From the NCBI GenBank assembly GCA_038247415.1, contig JBBRUX010000014.1:12758-76757 (forward strand): a DNA stretch of 64,000 bases, written 5' to 3'. Position numbers and translations under genes: made by a program. The stretch is from Chitinivibrionales bacterium. GTDB lineage: Bacteria > Fibrobacterota > Chitinivibrionia > Chitinivibrionales > WJKA01. The number at the start of each line of letters is the position of its first letter. Within the stretch, counting starts at the first letter, position 1. A model generated the notes under the pieces. That model was not told the origin of the DNA and did no database searches. It worked only from the letters and a program-made list of their open reading frames with translations. Positions 60,132 to 64,000 of the stretch are shown one piece after another.

Positions 60132-60162
60132 TAAGATTTTGGACGTTCCAGCTTCGCTGTCG
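60132..60162 (+). repeat. 31-bp dispersed element, copy 3
   Basis: TAAGATTTTGGACGTTCCAGCTTCGCTGTCG; 24/31 identical to copy 2. Confidence 0.65.
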
Positions 60163-60485
60163 ATACACACCCTAGGCTCAGTGTCTGGTAGAGCATGGCA
60201 GGGGCGAGGCATAATTGACATTTGCGGCAGATAAGACTGGAAGGTGACGCTCAGATTGAGAATGTGTGAATACTAGTAGCTGGGCTCCCACGGGTGTTGG
60301 TTTTCGTTGACTAGTGACCGTACGTCCATCCCCGCTTCGACAGGCACTCACTGCAAAACTTGAGCAGACTCAATAGATTACGCATCAACAAAACTCGTAA
60401 TAGAGGTGAACGTTCTCAGGAATAATAGTGTCATTACTTTAACATAATAAATGCTTTATGATGTCTAATTAAGTGACCTTATCAA

Positions 60486-60513
60486 AAATCGTTCACCAAA
60501 AGGTGAACGATTT
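60486..60513. promoter_or_regulatory. 12-bp inverted repeat, candidate operator
   Basis: AAATCGTTCACC-AAAA-GGTGAACGATTT centred 63.5 bp before ATG 60563; TATATT at 60551-60556. Confidence 0.65.
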
Positions 60514-60562
60514 CTTCTCACCCTACGTTCTACTCCGGCTCTGTTTCTACTATATTATCACC

Positions 60563-61429
60563 ATGACACCCAACAAGCCTATTGTTCCCAGCCCGATCTG
60601 CCTATTCGACTACACCGACTATCGCCGGTTCCTCGAAGACTACATCCAGGAAAAGAAGACCGAAAATTCCCACTTTTCCTTTCGCTACATTGCCGATCGA
60701 CTTGACTTGCGATCGAGCGGCTTTATTCTCTATGTCATTCAGGGAAAGCGGCGGCTTTCCGAGGAGCTCACGTTCAAGATTTGCCAGTTCTTTAAGTTTA
60801 CCAAAAAGGAGACGGAGTATTTCCTCCTTCTTGTTAAATATGCTCACACAAAGAGCTTTGTTGAAAAACAGTTCTACTTCGATCGGCTTGCAGCGATGCG
60901 AAGGGTGACGGTGAGGTGCATCGAACCGCAAAAATACCGCTACTATGAAAAGTGGTACTATCTTGCTATACGCGAATACGTGGCTATTCATCGATTTGTG
61001 GATCAGTACGAAAAGCTTGCCCGCGATCTCACGCCGTCAATTACCCCTGCCCAGGCTGCAGAGGCCATTCATACTCTTGAGGAGCTCGGTCTGATAAGAA
61101 AAAACGAGCAGGATTTTTACGAGCGCGTTGAAGCCGTCACCAGCACCGGTGATGCATGGCAATCGGCCACGGTTCACAACTTGCAACAGCAGCTTTTGGA
61201 TATCAGTAAAGATGCCCTAGCGCGATTGCCAAAAAAGAAGAGAGACTTTTCAAATCTCACACTCAGCATGTCACGACGCACGTTCGACGAAGCCCGCATA
61301 CGTATCGAACAATTGCGCGCTGAACTTTTGGAATTAGCTCGGCGTGATGAAAATCCCGATGGAATTTATCAAATAAGCATCCAAGCCTTCCCTTTGCACG
61401 ATGACTTTTCGAAGGGTGGTAACATATGA
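60563..61429 (+). CDS. TIGR02147/DUF4423-family HTH protein
   Basis: LFDYTDYRRFLEDY, FSFRYIADRL, KWYYLAIRE, RDFSNLTLSM, IYQISIQAFPL; paralog of 44070-44930. Confidence 0.88.
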   Translation: MTPNKPIVPSPICLFDYTDYRRFLEDYIQEKKTENSHFSFRYIADRLDLRSSGFILYVIQGKRRLSEELTFKICQFFKFTKKETEYFLLLVKYAHTKSFVEKQFYFDRLAAMRRVTVRCIEPQKYRYYEKWYYLAIREYVAIHRFVDQYEKLARDLTPSITPAQAAEAIHTLEELGLIRKNEQDFYERVEAVTSTGDAWQSATVHNLQQQLLDISKDALARLPKKKRDFSNLTLSMSRRTFDEARIRIEQLRAELLELARRDENPDGIYQISIQAFPLHDDFSKGGNI

Positions 61430-62541
61430 GGTCGTTATTCTGGACATTCATCATTCTCGCTTCATGTATACTCATGTGCTCTGAATCGTCAACCACTGTT
61501 GCTGCAGGCGGTGGCGGTTCGGAAGTCACCAATGGCATTATCGCCCGAATCATCAGAAGCGATGGACATCCCGCTGTGGGCGCTTGTGTCAGGCTGCGAA
61601 GCGAATATTTTCTGGCGCAGTCAACCGGACTCGGCAAATCCGCCACCTACGAAAATGCCGTTACCGACACAAATGGGGAGTTCGAAATCCGGGGAATTGG
61701 CCTGGGAGCACATCGAATCGAGATTAACGATAATGTCTCTGGCGCTGTTCTTCTCTCATGCTCAATCTCCGCATCGACCCACCTGCTCGATCTCGGGGTT
61801 GATACGCTGCGACCCTTTGCCGCCATCACAGGGACACTGCAGGGGGCAGCCGCAGGGCACTCGCTACAGATTTACGGGATGGAAAGAAGTGCGCAGGTGG
61901 ATTCCACCGGATCATTCGCTTTTAGCAAACTACCCGGAGGGATCTATCGGTTGGTCGTAACGTCAAATAACAACTCTGCGTCTCCTGTCTTGTTGGATTT
62001 GGTTACTGTGGCTCCTGGAGGGATTAAAAATATTTCTGCCACAATTGCAGCACTTAACCCTTTGGCCGATGCGCATGTTCGCGGTGGCGGTGGCGCCGGG
62101 ATTAACTACGGCGGTGAGGTTCAGCTTACCGTCAAGGAAGCGCTGAGCACCGACCTGGACTACACCAGAAATGCTTACCTCAAGTTCGATGTGTCAGGCA
62201 TCGCAACGGCGACCAAAGCAGTACTTATAGTGTACGGCAAGAACATGGATGATAGCTTGGACGTTTCCTTGATAATTCACGGCTGCGATTCCGACATCTG
62301 GACCGAAGGAGGCATCACGTGGAACAACGCCCCTGCCAATTCGTCAACCCTCGACACCGTGATAGTCAATGGTACGGCCGCTTACCGGGAGTTGGATGTT
62401 ACACGATTTGTGCAAGCCCAGATCGCGGGGGATCATACGGTTACGCTGTGCATCACGGCCAAGGCGGAATCGAACAAGGTGGTCTTCCTCAACAGCAAAG
62501 AGAGTTCGGCGAACAGACCGCAGCTTGTCATCACTCCGTAG
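61426..62541 (+). CDS. Lipoprotein with carboxypeptidase-regulatory-like domains and DNRLRE/CBM96-like domain
   Basis: Lipobox ILMC; AGGGGSEVTNG; TDTNGEFEI; ADAHVRGG..NYG, RNAYLKFDVS, WTEGGITWNNAP, DVTRFV, SKE...RPQLVI. Confidence 0.85.
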   Translation: MRSLFWTFIILASCILMCSESSTTVAAGGGGSEVTNGIIARIIRSDGHPAVGACVRLRSEYFLAQSTGLGKSATYENAVTDTNGEFEIRGIGLGAHRIEINDNVSGAVLLSCSISASTHLLDLGVDTLRPFAAITGTLQGAAAGHSLQIYGMERSAQVDSTGSFAFSKLPGGIYRLVVTSNNNSASPVLLDLVTVAPGGIKNISATIAALNPLADAHVRGGGGAGINYGGEVQLTVKEALSTDLDYTRNAYLKFDVSGIATATKAVLIVYGKNMDDSLDVSLIIHGCDSDIWTEGGITWNNAPANSSTLDTVIVNGTAAYRELDVTRFVQAQIAGDHTVTLCITAKAESNKVVFLNSKESSANRPQLVITP

Positions 62542-62728
62542 CAGATATGCGTTTTATGGGAAAATGTTCGATTGTTTTTAGGTAAGAGCTCGGTTTAAAG
62601 TGTACAAACCTACAGACGTGTGGGGGAGTGGACGGTTGAGACGAGATTCGTGTTGAGGCAAAGGCTGGGTGCGAGTTTCTTTTCCTTGGGTAATATTTTT
62701 TTGAATCATCAAAAAGGAGTCTTTGAAT

Positions 62729-64000
62729 ATGAAACTGAGGATCAATGCATCCATAATTACGGGCATTTTGTTCTGCCTCATCGCAGCAACTTCGTCCCTC
62801 GTAGCCCAGACATTCACCCATCCGGGAGTACGGCACAGTCGCGGTGATCTGGATCTCATGAAGTCCCGTATTCTTGCAAATCAACAACCGTGGAAGGGCG
62901 CATACGACAACATGATTGCCTGGCAGGGTTACGGTGATGGAAAGCTTGGTCGCACTCCCAGCAGCCTGAATTTTGCGCCGGCGCCGCGCACCACGATCGA
63001 TGTGGGTTACTATGAAAAACCGCACATCGGATTCGACGAAGCGTTGACCGACGCTACTGCCGCTTACATCCATGCGATTCAGTGGTATATAACCGGCAAC
63101 AGCGCACATGCCGAAAAAGTCATGGCCATCTGCAAAGCATGGGGAACTTCACTCACCTCCATCAGCGGTGACAACGCTAAGCTTGCCACCGCGTGGATAA
63201 CATCAATGTTCTGCGATGCCGCCGAAATCGTTCGCACGACGTATTCCGGGCCCCAGGACTGGACAGCGTTTGACAACATGCTCCGAACCAAGTTCTACAC
63301 GACGATGTACGATTTCGCGCCAAGCGGCTTCAACGGGAACTGGGACGCCCTTATGAGCCAGGCGATGATGTCGATGGGGGTGGTGCTCAATGATCGCGCC
63401 ATCTATGATCGGGGGAAGAACTATTACCTGAGCGGAAAAGGCAATGGTTCCCTGCCCAACTACTGCTTCACCGATGGAACCACTCAGGAAACCACCCGGG
63501 ATCAGCGGCATGAACAAATGGGAGTCCTGGCGCTCGCAAACTCTGCCGAGATTGCCTGGAAGCAGGGAGAAGATCTTTACAGCGCGCTGGGCAACCGGCT
63601 TCTCATCGGCCTGGAAGGAACAGCGGGCCGGGTAGACGCTCAGAACTTCGGTGCGTACCCCGGCTGGGACATTCCCTACAATCATTACCACAATCGCAAG
63701 CACCTTGCCACGCCCACAATGGATTTATTCAAGAAGACCACCGAATGGGGCGGCGACAACTGGTCGTATAATACGGTGGGCTTTTGGACGGCCATGACCT
63801 TTCGGGATCTGGGCGATCCGAATCCCAATCCGGTTACTCCGCCGGTACCCGTTCCAACGCCAATCCCTGACACGCGTACTAACCTTGCCCTGAACAAGAC
63901 TACAACCGCTTCGTCAAGCGATACAAATATTGCGGCAAACGCGGTTGATGGCAATCTTGAAACCCGCTGGTCGGCTGATGCGTATCCCCAATGGATCCGG
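62729..64000 (+). CDS. Secreted alginate-lyase-family protein with Pro/Thr linker and F5/8 type C (CBM32-like) domain, partial
   Basis: Not in the ORF track (open to window end); AAGGAG RBS; MKLRINAS.. signal; FTHPGVRH, NGNWDA, QETTRDQRHEQMG; PVTPPVPVPTP; NLALNKTTTASS..AVDGNLETRWS. Confidence 0.85.
   Translation, partial: MKLRINASIITGILFCLIAATSSLVAQTFTHPGVRHSRGDLDLMKSRILANQQPWKGAYDNMIAWQGYGDGKLGRTPSSLNFAPAPRTTIDVGYYEKPHIGFDEALTDATAAYIHAIQWYITGNSAHAEKVMAICKAWGTSLTSISGDNAKLATAWITSMFCDAAEIVRTTYSGPQDWTAFDNMLRTKFYTTMYDFAPSGFNGNWDALMSQAMMSMGVVLNDRAIYDRGKNYYLSGKGNGSLPNYCFTDGTTQETTRDQRHEQMGVLALANSAEIAWKQGEDLYSALGNRLLIGLEGTAGRVDAQNFGAYPGWDIPYNHYHNRKHLATPTMDLFKKTTEWGGDNWSYNTVGFWTAMTFRDLGDPNPNPVTPPVPVPTPIPDTRTNLALNKTTTASSSDTNIAANAVDGNLETRWSADAYPQWIR

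Noticed and set aside
60172..60250. tRNA-like D-arm (GGCTCAGTGTCTGGTAGAGCA)
   Set aside because: No anticodon stem, TTC T-loop or acceptor pairing at the proper spacing.
477..63954. Numerous 60-200 aa antisense or alternate-frame ORFs in the track (e.g. 23075-23671, 42208-42771, 44815-45438, 62531-63109, 63203-63703)
   Set aside because: They overlap well-supported genes, lack RBS and recognisable motifs, and are treated as shadow ORFs.

Overview
Bacterial chromosomal window, probably Fibrobacterota (Chitinivibrionia-like). This is inferred from two TIGR02147-type genes and many secreted proteins with T9SS-like C-terminal tails. About 1-23 kb is mostly core genes: MoxR, STAS protein, mannose-6-P isomerase, holB-ricT-metG-recJ-argH, ino1, malQ, TPR/GT-C/TolB-like genes, plus two secreted carbohydrate-active proteins. 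About 24-30 kb holds an SGNH esterase and a porin/stand-alone Cache/MCP unit. About 30.8-43.4 kb is an extended copper/heavy-metal locus ending in cusCBA, preceded by a Cys-rich leader ORF. About 43.4-64 kb is an accessory, visibly more GC-rich region. The most interesting signal is a module that occurs twice: palindromic operator GTTSAC-N6-GTSAAC at about -63, TATATT-6nt-ATG leaderless promoter, TIGR02147 HTH protein, overlapping lipoprotein with a conserved N-terminal half and a swappable C-terminal domain (LRR or DNRLRE/CBM96), then secreted polysaccharide-degrading enzymes. This looks like an uncharacterised trans-envelope sensing and regulatory system. Also seen: at least six pseudogenes hollowed out by internal deletions (several at short microhomologies), 32-bp-period repeats upstream of both AAA_14/DUF4143 genes, and a 31-bp element repeated three times after gene ends. 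No rRNA, tRNA, CRISPR array, integrase or transposase could be supported. Family assignments come from motif recognition only; no searches were run.
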